From assembly GCA_964106645.2 (NCBI GenBank), contig OZ067039.1: 64,000 bases of DNA; one strand, 5' to 3'. Shown in pieces: positions 48,983-61,819 of the stretch (position 1 is the stretch's first letter; the number at the start of each line of letters is the position of its first letter). Origin of the DNA: Podarcis pityusensis. Lineage: Eukaryota. Under the pieces are notes generated by a model. That model had not been told where the DNA came from. It saw nothing but the letters and a program-made list of their open reading frames with translations, and ran no database searches. The position numbers were made by a program, and so were the translations under genes.

Positions 48983-51513
48983 TTTTTGTATTTGAATAAA
49001 GTTGTGGCCAAAATTATGCCAAAAACCTTAAACAAAAATTGATGTGTGAAGTGTGAATTATTGGGGGGCTACTGTGACTCAACACGCAACAGGCCAACAC
49101 ATGAGGGGGGAAGCATATTGCAGTTTAAAAATTGATTAATGAGGTGCTGACAAACTCATATAAACATGGGGACAGGCAGGCCTGCCAAATCTCAAACCTA
49201 TCCAAATGTTGTGAAGAAAATGCAGTTTTTAATTTGGGACAGGCAAACATAGAGGGGAGGAAAATCAGCTTTAGCATCAAATCTTCATAGATTGTTAGTT
49301 TTCAAATGTATGTGCAGCACTGGAGGTTAGCAGACTGCTAATAAAAATATCAGATGGGGGGGTGTTGGTTAAATTTGTGTATCCTAAATTTACTGTTATT
49401 TGCATTCCTCTGTGTACATCCTTCTTTTGCATTATTAAATAGCTCAATGGCAAATGTTCTGGAAGCTAACAAATCTTCTGGAAATGAAAACTAGAGGTTA
49501 AGAAATCAATCTGTTTATCTGAGTTGGTTAACAGAGCCTATTTATTTGTTAGGGTGCACCACCCAATATTTCAAGATTAGGAATCACATTACTCCTCATT
49601 TTTAACCACAGCCCATTAGGTTTCGCTAGCCAATTAGTTTATGACACATTCCTGGTATTTTCAGTAATCTCCATTTTCACTGGAAGCAAATTTCTACTTT
49701 TGTTTACACTTCTAAACACTGTGTGGAAGAGGCTGGAATGACTTATGGGCAGACTACTCCTCGCAGTACACATCTATTATTATTTTGACTCAAGTCCCAG
49801 CTTTAGCAGGATATTAAAGGCCCAGCCTAAATTTAGGTAGATGCTTTGAGGCCACTAACATGCAGTCTCCTCTTGCTGTTCTTTAAAATTAGATATATAA
49901 AAAGCCATTTGTGTATCTTGTAAAGCAGTGAAACAGCAACAAACGCTACTCAAATCAGAGGAATAGCACTATCTGAGGCTCTCTCTGGGTTTGGATGTAC
50001 CATCCAGGAAAATCCACCTTTTGTTTCTCAGAACTAAGATACAGGCACAAGCTTGTGGGGGAAGGAGGCAGATTTGCAATGGAACAGCAGAAGCTGGCTG
50101 TGCACAGTGCTGACTGGCTGGTGCCCGTGCAGTAATGAACCCCCCCCCCAACTTTGAAACTCTATCAAAATTGGCCATTGTTTTTAAAAAGAGTCTTCAG
50201 GCGTTTTTAGAGGATGTTCAGAAAAATGAGCTCATTCTGAACCAGCCCATTAGTACTTTTAATTACACACTTCAGCATACTCTTACAAATTCATAGAAAA
50301 CACAGGTGCCTGTTTTCCAGCAATATCATTCCTGTATTGTCAGTTGTCTGCCTGACTGATAGGCAAAATTCTAACCATACATTTGCCAGTAATAAATTGT
50401 AGCAAACCCAGGGAAGGAGCAAACCAATAATCTTTTCAGTTGTCGTTTTGTGATGATGCAACAGGTATTTTCCCCCAGTAACGACATAATTCACCCAGTA
50501 ATTTATTCCTGAGAATCCAAGGTGTTGTTTTAAAATTACTCATTTTTAGCACGATATCACCAACAGTAGTGCAGTTATTTCCCGTGTGAACAGACACAGT
50601 GCTATGGTCTCACCTCCATTGGATGGAGTGGTTTTTGATAGGGTTGATGACCCCAGCTGCCTCCGTTACCTGGCTAGCAACACTATGCAACCCCACCTTT
50701 CTTCATTATCTCTCCAAAGTTATATTGGTCCCTAATTAACAACTTAAGATGGCTACATACAAGCCTCCCGGTTTGTTCGTTTCTTACTCTCTCTTTAAAA
50801 ATAAAAATGAATGAATATACACACTGCTTTCCCCCCCTAGCACTGGTGAGGTATACTATTCATGAGGGGCTGGTCACGACTCGTTTCCTGGAAAAGCAGC
50901 AGCAATAACACTTGCAAATTTTGCAGGGAAAGTAATGAGTGCAAGTTTCCCCAGCAGCTGCCAGTGAAAGGACAGGTGGAAGATTTTGCAGGGGAAAGTT
51001 TCTCCAGCACCCAAAACCTGGCAGGAGCTCTAGTTAAAAGGCAAAGGCTTTTTCTTGAAATATATATGTTCTCAAAATATATATTGCAAATTTCAATGCT
51101 GGTGTGCACACTTGTAGCCTTTTTTTATTATTTTGGAGGGGGGAGTGCCTCCCTTTCCCCAGGGTAGCAGCAATGACCGCAGCAACTTTTTACAGGGAAA
51201 GGGGTGGACAGGTGATGTCCCGTCAGTAGGAGGAGGAAGCACAGGAGGCTATCCTTACATCGGGGATTAATCAGCTCTTAATAGGGATAATACTAATAGA
51301 ATGTTAGCATAAATAAACAAGCAAACCTTTTTGTTGGTGCCTCGAAGGACCTTGGAAGACCATGGATTAATTTAATTGTGGTACCACGTCTTACAAAATA
51401 TCACAGGGCAGTGACCCATATCCATCAACTGCTTCTGACATACCTTCTTGCCCCGGCTTTCCATGACCTATAAGACTGGATCTGATCTTACCTGTTTTCC
51501 TGTTTTCATAATA

Positions 51514-51755
51514 CAGTCATACCTTGGCTCCCAAATACCCTGGAACTCGGACGTTTTGGCTCCCGAACGCTGCAAACCCGGAAGTGATTGTTCCAGTTTG
51601 CGAACATTGTTTTGGAACCCGAATGTCCGACGGGGCTTCTGATTGGCTGCAGGAGCTTCCTGCAGCCAATCAGAAGCTGTGATTTGGTTTTTGAACGTTT
51701 TAGAAGTCGAACGGACTTCTGGAATGGATTTCATTCGACTTCCAAGGTATGACTG
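51514..51755. mobile_element. Tc1/mariner (Tigger-like) MITE
   Basis: Perfect 14-bp TIR CAGTCATACCTTGG / CCAAGGTATGACTG with TA flanks. Confidence 0.88.
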
Positions 51756-53815
51756 TACTGTTTTACAGGTTTTTTTAAAAAAAGTTCTATCTCTGCTTTA
51801 TATGCATTTCTGTATACTGCTTAGAGATTTTAAAATATTAATCTGGTTAGAAAGGATTTTGATTAACTTATTGATCGATTGAAATGAATTAACTAATGAA
51901 TTAATTGAAATATTCAATTTCTTTTCTTAGGTAGTCAAAGATATAAAAAATAAGCCCAGGATGTAATACATCATCCTGCTGTATGACAGAGGATATATGC
52001 CATCTAATTCCATTTGGCACCCTGGTTCTTTCTACTTCCTCACCTCTGCAACCAACTCTTTAATTAGAAATGCTGAGTCATGCTGGAGTTTACTTGAAAG
52101 GAGCTGTTTGCTAAATGCTTGCTTCTAAATATGGACTGAGGTGAACGAAGTTAACCTGAAATGTCCAAAGTGGGGAGGGCAAGCAGGTGCTGAGATGGAA
52201 GACAGGAGGAACTTGATGCGTCACAAAAAGGAAGCCATGACTTAGCCAGGTGGGAGCAGCTAATCCCATGCAAGAAGCCTCCAATAAGAAAAGAAGCGCC
52301 TACCCTATTATACTGGTTGTATTTGGTGTGAGATGTAGGAGGGACACTGTGGGACACTGTGAAGGACGTCAGCAAGCTTATCCTCCCCGCCCAAACCCAT
52401 TTTTTTCCAGGTGCACTTCTTGCTAGACCAAAATACATATACAGCATCAACAGGCATACATATTTTGTTTGCTGTAATGTTCAAGCAAGAAGTCCAAAGA
52501 GAAGGCAGGGGGTTGGGGTGGGACCGACGATTAAACTGAACCATTATTCATAAAAATAGGAATGCTCTGTCACTGAATGCATTTCTGCACACTTTACCAC
52601 CACGCTGAATATTAAAGTATGAGGAGTGATTTGCTCTGCCGAAAGTGATTAATTTCTTTAAAATGCGAAGGTCACACTAATTGACATGACCTGTGTAATT
52701 AAGCAGTCTCTGTTTACACACGGAAAGCTCGACTGCTGTGAGGCTGGGCTTGCCTGACAGAATGTCTTTACGAGTCAAGAGATCAACAACCCCTCTTATG
52801 TCCTACCTAGTCACCTACACAAGCTCCTGATTGCTCTTCTGACAGAACATGCAAGAGCATTACCATATGAAAATCAGCTCACATCTTGGGGGAGTTGCAA
52901 ACTGGCAGCACGTAGGTAAGCACAAACTGTTGCTTTGACAGACTGCGGTCCTGGCTGTTCACGCTAGATTGCCCTGTTTGCGAGAGCATGTCTGACTGGA
53001 GGATATTCTTACAGAATAACCGATGTTTAATAAATACGAGGCAACAGTGGCAGAGACGGAAGGGAAACAGATGGAAGGCCCTTAAGAATGCTGTGTAGAA
53101 ATCTGCAAATTCCATGTGGAAATAGCAGAAATTATATGGCCTGGAAAACAAAAGCTAGTCAAACAAAACTGTTCCGCTTCCAGGTAACATGACATTAACT
53201 GTGAGGGAAATACAAACTTGCGGTCATAAATATGGCCTTCACTTTATTTATTTATTGCACATTCCTCCAAGGAGCTCAGGAAAGTGTAGGATCTTACCCA
53301 ATCTGAAGTAAGTTAGTCTAGCCCTAAATATTCGAGTCTGCACTGAAGTTCAACACTGCGTCCACTACAAAAACTGCTGGACCACCAAGTCTTCTCCTCA
53401 ATGCTCCTACTCTAAGCATGCAGCAGTGCAGGGTGAGTCAGAAGATGCTGCTTATCAGGCAGTAACATAGACCACCCTGGGGCTTTGCTGGAGCAATTAT
53501 CTTATCAGTCGCTCCCTGCTCCAGGTGGTTCCACCTGCTGGTCCTTTGGGGCTCTTGTGGAAGACCCAACAATTCTCCCTCATCCTGGAGCCAGTCCCCA
53601 TGCCAGAAGTTGGGAACTCTGGAACAGGTCAGAAATGCCCAACTACTGCAAAAACTTAACTTCTCATTTACCCTCAAACTCCTGAGTATGTCCAGCTATT
53701 GGAACCAGAGTGTGCCCAACACTATTTGCTTTACTTGTTTTTGTTTTTGCAAACTGCCTTGAAATCATTGATATAAGGTGGCATATAAAGGTTTTAAATA
53801 AATAAACAGAAAAAT

Positions 53816-54267
53816 ATGCAGAGGGTAAAGCATGTTGTGCAGATGCCTGATTATCGTCTTCCAAAGAAACTACTCTATTCTGAACTTAAAAATGGAAAGT
53901 GTAAAACTGGTGGTCAACAAAAGAGGTTGAAAGACTGTCTCAAGGCAATTTTTAAAAAATGGAGTATAAACACCAACAACTGGGAAACACTTGCCTGCGA
54001 GTGCTCCAATTGGAGAACAGGTTTTACCAAAGGTGTCATGTGCTCTGAAGACACTAGAATTCAGAATGCAAAGTAGAAACGTGCTAAGAGGAAGGCACGC
54101 TTGGCAATCCACACCGTGTTCAATTCCCACCCAGAAACCAATGTCGCCACTGTGGAAGGACTTGTGGGTCCAGAATTGGCCCCCACAGTCACTTACGGAC
54201 TCATTGTTAAAACCGTGTTTATGGAAGAAAATCTTACTTGGCTATGAGTGATCACCAAGGAAGAAGG
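53816..54267 (+). mobile_element. RTE-clade LINE 3' end
   Basis: HVVQMPDYRLPKKLLYSELKNGK..GGQQKRLKDCLK...WETLACECSNWR, then zinc finger CRHCGRTCGSRIGPHSHLRTH; short gaagaagg tail. Confidence 0.88.
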
Positions 54268-54927
54268 ACTACTCTATCCAACCTATGGGCAGTTAGGAAA
54301 TGACCTATGAATAGTTTCCTAATGACTCTCTTTCATATTACAGAAATTGAATATGGGTAAAAGCTTAGCAAAGATTTTGTTCCAACCATACGCTGTAAGA
54401 GTTCTATCAAGCATTTTTTCCAACTTAGCTTCAAATTAAGTCCAGAGTGGTAATTAACGGAACAATTGACAATAAATTTTGGATAATAGTCCTTTAAGAA
54501 TTTCATGGTTATTTACTAGCTTTTCAAAGTCAGTTAAAGCAGTTCTGAATGTTCCATCTTTTACTCCATGTTTAAGTAATCTCTAAACTGAAAATATTGA
54601 AACAATTGGGCTTTTTTTCGCTATTTACATTTTTCTTAATTATATGGCACACTGATAGTCAAAAAGTGCATAATTAACAGGGCTGTCCTATGCATGTTTA
54701 CGCAAAAGTGAGACCCACTGTGTTCAGTGAGGCTTTCTACTTGTGTGTTTCGAATTATAAACCTTATGTACGCCCCATTTAACTATGTGAGATGTACTTT
54801 TGAGTAGGTATGCATAGGGTGCTTATTAGCCTAATAATTCCATTATCTCATATGGAAGATCTAAATATTAAAAATAAGGGAAATCAACACAAATACACAA
54901 ACACTTATGGCTTAAAATAATCCTAGC

Positions 54928-55073
54928 CAGTGCTTTTTTCTTTTAAAAAATGTTTAGGGGTACTCTCATTTTCCTACTTATATTGAAATACTGCCCCTCA
55001 ATGAGGCCAAACTTAGATTCACAAAATGTTTAGGGGTATGCATACCCCTGCGTCCCCCCAGAAAAAAGAACTG
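54928..55073. mobile_element. hAT MITE
   Basis: CAGTGCTTTTTTC / GAAAAAAGAACTG TIRs; 8-bp TSD atcctagc / attctagc. Confidence 0.85.
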
Positions 55074-55705
55074 ATTCTAGCCTACTCCTGCATTTCTAAC
55101 GCTGAAGGTATAAAATCCACATCTTGCTACTATCTAGTTCTCTGTTTTAATGTAGCATATTTCCCATATATTTTATGACCTAGCAGTATAGAAATACTTT
55201 ATAAATAAATTATACCATAAAGGTTGCCCATCAAAAACCACATTTTTTTGTATTTAAGTGATTTATTGTTTTTGATCTTGCGGTGTTACAGTAATAATAA
55301 TAATAAATTGTGCCAGGCTGTTCCACCACTGTCATTTGGCCAAAAAAAAAAAGTTTTTATAGAAGTATGGCCAACTTTATGGACAATTGATATAAAAGAT
55401 ATGAGCAGTTTACTGCAGCAGAAGAGGCTTGTGTCTCTTCTGGTGGGGAAACCTACATATGGGCAGATTAGGGTACTTTTGTTTGTTTCAGAATTGTTTG
55501 TGAACTTCACCTTGTACATTTAGAACAATACCTCCAGTCCATACCTGTTTGGGGAGGTGAAAACATCAGCACACAGTGTGATAGGAGGATCATAACAAAA
55601 TGGATTATTATTAAGGTCTTTTCTGTTGTTCCCCCTTATCACTCTGTCTTCTTTGCCTTATATGGTGTGACACTGTGAGATAGGATAGGCTACCAATCCC
55701 AAGAG

Positions 55706-56052
55706 GGGACGCGGGTGGCGCTGTGGTCTAAACCATTGAGCCTAGGGCTTGCCGATCAGAAGGTCGGTGGTTCGAATCCCCGCAACGGGGTGAGCTCCCG
55801 TTGCTCGGTCCCAGTTCCTGCCAACCTAGCAGTTCAAAAGCATGTCAAAGTGCAAGTAGATAAATAGGTACCGCTCCGGCAGTAAATGGCATTTCCGTGC
55901 GCTGCTCTGGTTCACCAGAAACGGCTTAGTCATGCTGGCCACATGTCTGCGGACAAATGCCAGCTCCCTCAGCCTATAGAGCGAGATGAGCGTGCAACAC
56001 CAGAGTTGTCCATGACTGGACCTAACAGTCAAGGGTACCTTTACCTTTACTT
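55706..56052 (+). mobile_element. Sauria SINE, full length, young
   Basis: GGGACGCGGGTGGCGCTGTGG head, B-box ggttcgaatccc, (ACCTTT)n tail; TSD taccaatcccaa(g/a)agg. Confidence 0.94.
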
Positions 56053-56090
56053 TACCAATCCCAAAAGGCAAAGCTTAAATAACGTTTGTC

Positions 56091-56972
56091 GCTATGATAA
56101 AATGGGCACAAGATATTGGTCATAACATTATGTTTGCTGACTGGGAACAGCTGTGGACCACCGGTACTAAATTTACGGCATGTAATGCCTTAAGAGAAAA
56201 CATTATGAAAATGATGTATAGGTGGTACATGACCCCAGTCAAGCTTGCAAAAATTTATCATCTGCCCAATAACAAATGTTGGAAATGTAATGAGACTGAA
56301 GGTACTTTTTATCACCTTTGGTGGACCTGCCCGAGGATAAAAGCTTTTTGGGAAATGATCTATAATGAAATTAAGAAGGTTCTCAAATGGACCTTCCCTA
56401 AAAAACCTGAGGCTTTTCTCCTGGGCATCGTCGGCCAATTGGTGAGAAGGAAGGACAGGACGTTTTTTATGTATGCGACCACAGCAGCAAGGATTCTTCT
56501 AGCAAAGTATTGGAAGACACAACAACTACCCACACTGGAAGAATGGCAGACGAAGGTGATTGACTACATGGGACTGGCGGAGATGACTGGCAGAATCCGT
56601 GACCAGGGGAAAGAGACAGTGGAAGAAGATTGGAAGAAATTCAAAGTATATCTTAGAACTTGTTGTAAAATTCAGGAATGTTAAAATGTCAAGGGGTTGG
56701 GAAACAGAGAATTGCAGCTGTAATTAACAATATTAGAAGAACTTAAAAGAAATTGAATTGAATAATTAGTTGACTGAGGAGTTGCTGAAGAAATATAAAA
56801 CAAGGATGCAGAAAAGGGGAGGTATGGGGAAGTCCGGAAAGTAAGGTCTATGAAAAAATGGTTATGAAATTATACATGTTTATATGTTTGTATGTCTGTG
56901 TATTGTGTATTGTTTTGTTTTTTTTTATTTTGTGTTTGGAAAATTAATAAAAAATTATTTAAAAAAAAAAAA
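56091..56972 (+). mobile_element. L1-clade LINE, 5'-truncated; ORF2 C-terminal Cys-rich domain (56094-56684), 3' UTR and poly(A)
   Basis: KMMYRWYMTPVKL..CWKCNETEGTFYHLWWTC (CCHC); AATAAA and A-tail; perfect 16-bp TSD ttaaataacgtttgtc (56075-56090 / 56973-56988). Confidence 0.93.
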
Positions 56973-58255
56973 TTAAATAACGTTTGTCTTATCAAGCTAA
57001 ACAGATTCCACTAGCAGCCATGTAGGCATTCTACAGTAGCTCAGTAATAGAGCAATCCAAATCCTGGCCACCAAGGGGTGGAGAGCATCTGTGGATCCAG
57101 CATTGTGTCCAAAACCCTCTCTCCCAGCTGGCCTGGGCAGAAGATGAGGGTGATTCTTTTACACTTTTTTTTTTTTGGCTGTACCAAATTCAGACCAGCA
57201 CAACGCGGGGGATTAGTAGGGGATTGGATCTTGTGGATCCAAAGCCTCTGGCGCACCACACTGCCCCATTTGGGGGGGGGGGGGGGCTTACTACTGGCTT
57301 CTATCGGTGGGAGAACTGGCAGTTGCAAATATCCACAAATTACGGTGAAACTGGGTACTCCACAACAGCAGAGGCTGCCTCACTTCTCCTCATCTCCACC
57401 AATAGAAGCCAGTAGGGAACAACATCTCCCTCCCATCCTAAACCATCCAATACCCCATCAACATGCAAAGGAATGGTGCTAGTGTTGAAGGCAGAATTGT
57501 ACTGGGCCACTAAGAGGCAGTTTTATCAAGCAGCTAGTGTGTTCACATTGGTAGGTCACAGCTTGCACAGACTTGAGAGAACGAATAAAATACTATTTTT
57601 TTTTTCAATTTGGGTTTTAGAACTAGAAAGAGGCAACATTTGTTTAGCTTGTTGATTTACGGAATTAAAATCAGTTGAGAACTAGCATCTGTATTCCTTC
57701 AGGTAATTTTACAGTCCAGAGTTTCCCAGCCTGTGGGCTGTGACCTGCAAGTGGGGTGCAATTCCTGTGGAAGTGGCCTTATTACTAAACACAAATTAAT
57801 TATCGCTTGTAATCCTTCACTGGTATGATGTTACAACTCTTACAGCTTTTTGTTTCATTGGCACATTATGATGCTATGTTCACACTTGTAACCAAATGTC
57901 AGAAAGGCTAGTCTTGTATTCCCATAAACAAAACTGTGAATACTGTCAGTACCATAAATATTTCAATGAATTCCACGTTAATATGGGTGCTAAGTAAATG
58001 GTTATAAAATAGGCAAACTTACACTTCAGGGGAACAAAACAGACAGCTGCCAATGACCTAAGGTCCAAAATTCATATGACAATATTTCAGTGGGTTACCA
58101 TATCAAGCAAATTTGGATTTCTGAGCCACCGTACCAAAAAGGCTGGGAACCACTGCTAAAATCTAGCATCATCTTCCAACTTACCTAGTGACTTTCATGA
58201 CTTATCATGTATTAAATTGTGTTGTTGTTTTTAATGGTAATTCTCTGTTGTCATT

Positions 58256-58551
58256 GGCTGCATCCCCATGGCAGTTTATTCTGCTTTCACGACTGCCAAG
58301 CTCCACATTATATTTGAGCTTTCACACAATGTAAAAGTCACTTATGGAACAATAGTGGAATATGGAGCAGGTTTAGGGCTCCTTCCTGTTTTACTTGTTT
58401 CCAGAAAAACGCCTGTTTGCAAATAATATGAAAACGAGTGCTAAACGAGCTATATTCCACTATAGTTCCGAAAGTGGCTTTAACATTGTATGAAATTTTT
58501 TAAAAGGTGGAAATTAACTGTTAGGGATAGAACTGCCGTGCGAATGCAGTC
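58256..58551. mobile_element. Fold-back MITE
   Basis: ggctgcatccccatggcagtt / aactgccgtgcgaatgcagtc ends and an internal acaatgtaaaagtcactt..ggaa.aatagtggaatat / atattccactatagttccgaaagtggctttaacattgt inverted pair. Confidence 0.65.
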
Positions 58552-58889
58552 ATTGTTAATACCTGGGGCGTCAAACCCTTGCAAATTGCTCCCATGTCTT
58601 GTGGGAAGGGGTTAAAAATATTTGAAAGCCAAAGAACAATAATAGGGGAATGTTCAGATCAGGGCCAACTCACTTGCGAGGCAAGCACCTCGACCAGCAG
58701 AGGTCCATGAGGTGTGGCACCACAGCCAGCGGAGGGGAGCCAGTTTCCAGAAAGATATGATCTCACTTCTGCTCACTTCTCTGGCGGCTTTGGACCACTG
58801 CCACCACTTCTCTGGTGACGGCACAGGCGCCTCCACCCCTGTAGCCATCAGAGAAGCAGCTGCCTCGCAACCGGGGGGGGGGGGGGGAC

Positions 58890-59321
58890 CTGGGCCGGAT
58901 TTAGGTTTGATGAGGCCCTAAACTACTGAAGGTAATGGGGCCCTTTATATGTCCAGCTGTCCTTTGTCAACAACAAATTGTTGCTGTTTTTTGTGTTGAA
59001 TATATGCTACATGGTAATTTATGGACGTAATATGTATCTAAAGCCATTTGCAATGCAGAATGTAGGCACCCTATATATAGAAATGAGCAAACCAGTGATA
59101 TTTTAGGGAGCAGGCTAGCAGGCGAGGCCCATTACTTACATCATAGGAGCCTACACAACACAAAACACTGCTGCTGTATGAAGGTTATATTTTATTTGTT
59201 TTTTATCTTATATTTTGGAAATGTACATACTGGGGGTTTTCTCCTTTAATTTTGTTGGGGGCCCCCAGAGAGTGGGGCCCTAAGTTATAGCTTGTTTAGC
59301 TTATACATAAATCCGGCATTG
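58890..59321. mobile_element. hAT-type non-autonomous DNA transposon
   Basis: CTGGGCCGGATTTA / TAAATCCGGCATTG TIRs; both flanks G-run+ac (TSD-like). Confidence 0.75.
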
Positions 59322-59716
59322 GGGGGGGGGGGGGACCAGGAAGTGGCATCTTGCCATTTGGCCTCAGGTGCTGAAAGGGGAAGGGGCCAACCCTAGTTTA
59401 GATTTGTTGTTTTCGAGCTGGCATTCTGACACTTCTGAGCCCAGAGCAAAGCCTGGTGGCTTACAAAAGGCAAATCCTCGCCATTTCCCCCCATATTCCA
59501 ACTCTTATTTATTTTTTATAATTTATATCGCACCTTTCCCCATTGAAAGGGTGAACCAAAGCGACTCACCGAAAATACATCAAAAGACAATGCCAAGAAC
59601 AATGATAAAATGCAAAACGTAACTTTCCGAAAGAACTATGTAATCATTTTACATAGGTTGACAATCTTCCCAGCCCACATCATTTAAACATTATTTATCT
59701 TAAGGGTGACACTGAC

Positions 59717-59798
59717 CTGAAATCTTCGCATGTCTCGAGGGTTTCCTGCATTTTTTAGGCAGTTCTGGTTACATTTAAGAAAAAATTTCAAGAAGAAC
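59717..59798 (-). CDS. EBF1: EBF1 (COE1) coding exon, 82 nt, C-terminal part of the COE DNA-binding domain (equivalent to human exon 7)
   Basis: Minus strand ttttccaacag|GTTCTTCTTG...AGATTTCAG|gtcagt; translates (R)[27 protein letters not shown], a hallmark COE sequence; ends in phase 0 and joins the next exon (VVVSTT). Not in the ORF track. Confidence 0.96.
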
Positions 59799-61605
59799 CT
59801 GTTGGAAAAGGGATATCATGTTGAGTATACCAGTTGTTGACAAGTTGCCCCAATACACCCCTTGCTCACCCAGCAAACAATTTATATAAAATTGTCTGTC
59901 CACATGTACCACATGGAGAAAGACTGTCTTCTCACAGTTCTAACACACCAGACCAATGAGCCAAAAAAATAGGCATAAACTTAACACAAAATTATTCCGC
60001 CAAAAAAGCAAAGTCATTATCCGTCTTCTAAAACATGCCGCTTGAAACTTTCATCACACAACAAGGGTACAGAGGAGAAAATGAAGCCGCCATTTCCATG
60101 GAGTCTGACGGCTGGCAGTCACAACTGCAGAATTCCGGAAATGATCATATTTCCCTACTACTTGAAACAGTTATGCATTTGGGGACGACAAATTGGCATA
60201 TTTTTCACTGTCACAATTCTGGCTCCCACATACTATAATTTACAGAATTCCAAAATGTGTTTATGATGAAAAACATTCGTGCATGTAATACTGTACAGGG
60301 AGTGCGTGTGATTTCAGCTAAGGCGTTAAACACTAAATGTTCTCTCAAGGTAAGCTTGCAGCTTCATTGCTTCTCTCACCTGTGGCCCTGCATCTTGGGT
60401 TGCAAAACTGCTGCTTCTACCATCATTATGCATTTTACTTAATAGAAAAATGGCCCTAGTAATGATACTAGTGTTGTTAGTATTATTCAATCGTAATATC
60501 CTTTCAGTGCATTTTAAAAGTATGAGGAATATGGAGATGAGATGGCAGTCACTGGCAATAACAATGAAAGATGTCAACTTCCAGGCTTCAACAACTCCTA
60601 AGCACTAAATCCTAAACCCCCAACTCCTATCAGAATTTCTGCCTCCCATTTTGTCTCCTTACTAGTTATCCTGGCTTTATAAACTGTTTTCCTCCCCTCT
60701 GTGGTATGAAGAAGTTGCTGTTGTTCTTGGTTTACTTGTTTTTTCTTGTCGTATGTCTTAGGGGAGATGTTCTCACCCCTGCACTGAAACTATCTGAAAA
60801 CAGACTGGTAGGCAGCTGCAACACACCTGCACAAGTGGGGGGTGGACACACAAAAGTCAGAAAGTACTGTCACTAGAACAATAGCTGTGCTGATCTGTTG
60901 TATTTCTTCTTCTTTTTTAAAGCCTCTGTATATTTGACAGTAACCTCATCAAACCCAGTAGGCTTCACTTCTGGGGACACATGCAAAAATTGGGTATTCT
61001 AATATGTGGTAGCCATTGTGAAAATTGAAGCCGGTGACCTTTATTTATTTTAGTTATTCCAGTATACTGCTGTCTCTGGCTCTGCCTATAGTCATCACTA
61101 GCTCCACCCACTCTCACCCTGCCATGACCTGTGATGGAATGAGCCCACAGCAGAAACAAGATTGTTCACTCACCCTACCTCCATACTACAGAAATGAATG
61201 GAAATTAATACACAACAGGAAAACATACTTAAATAAATGGGGGAGATACCATTATATAGATGCAGTTGGGTGGTCTTTGATGCCTTAAATAGGCGTTCTT
61301 ACTATGGACGCTTGTCAAACAAAAGAAAAAATGTGCTAGCTAGGATGAAGTCCTCTTTCACTAAATTTGCCAGCAATTAGAGCGGTCAACTTATTAAAGG
61401 TTGTAGTCAATCAGCAGCCTTGCATTTAACTGATAAATCAATTGATTCACCATTTAAAAAATATTACAGTATCTCAGTACAGGTTACATTCTAAGGGTCA
61501 TTACTGAAGTTTTTCCCAAACTAGCAGAAAATTATAAAGCATATCAAAAATATTTCAACAGATCTACTAAGTGTTGCTTGTTTGTATTTATTGTTGTTGT
61601 TGTTG

Positions 61606-61609
<4 letters not shown>

Positions 61610-61644
<35 letters not shown>
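61610..61644. repeat. (CA)n microsatellite
   Basis: Direct sequence. Confidence 0.95.
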
Positions 61645-61646
<2 letters not shown>

Positions 61647-61819
61647 GGTACCTCCGGTTGCGGGTGGGATCCGTTCCGGAGCTCCGGCTGGATCCCGAGG
61701 TTTCCACAACTGGAGGGACCGCTTCTGCGCATGCACAAGTGTCGAAACACTTCTGGGTTTGCGGCTTTCGCAACCCAATGTTTATGTTACCGAGGGTAAC
61801 GTAAGCTGAGGTGCTACTG
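61643..61819. mobile_element. Tc1/mariner (Tigger-like) MITE
   Basis: CAGTGGTACCTC ... GAGGTGCTACTG-TA TIRs. Confidence 0.8.

Larger units (their letters stand above)
42858..49091 (+). mobile_element. Ngaro/DIRS-like tyrosine-recombinase retrotransposon, decayed, with SGNH hydrolase cassettes
   Basis: Order gag-like / RT-RNase H / YR / SGNH hydrolase on +; ends TGTTGCGGTTG ... CAACACGCAACA; AATAAAGTTGTGGCC near the 3' end. Confidence 0.85.
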
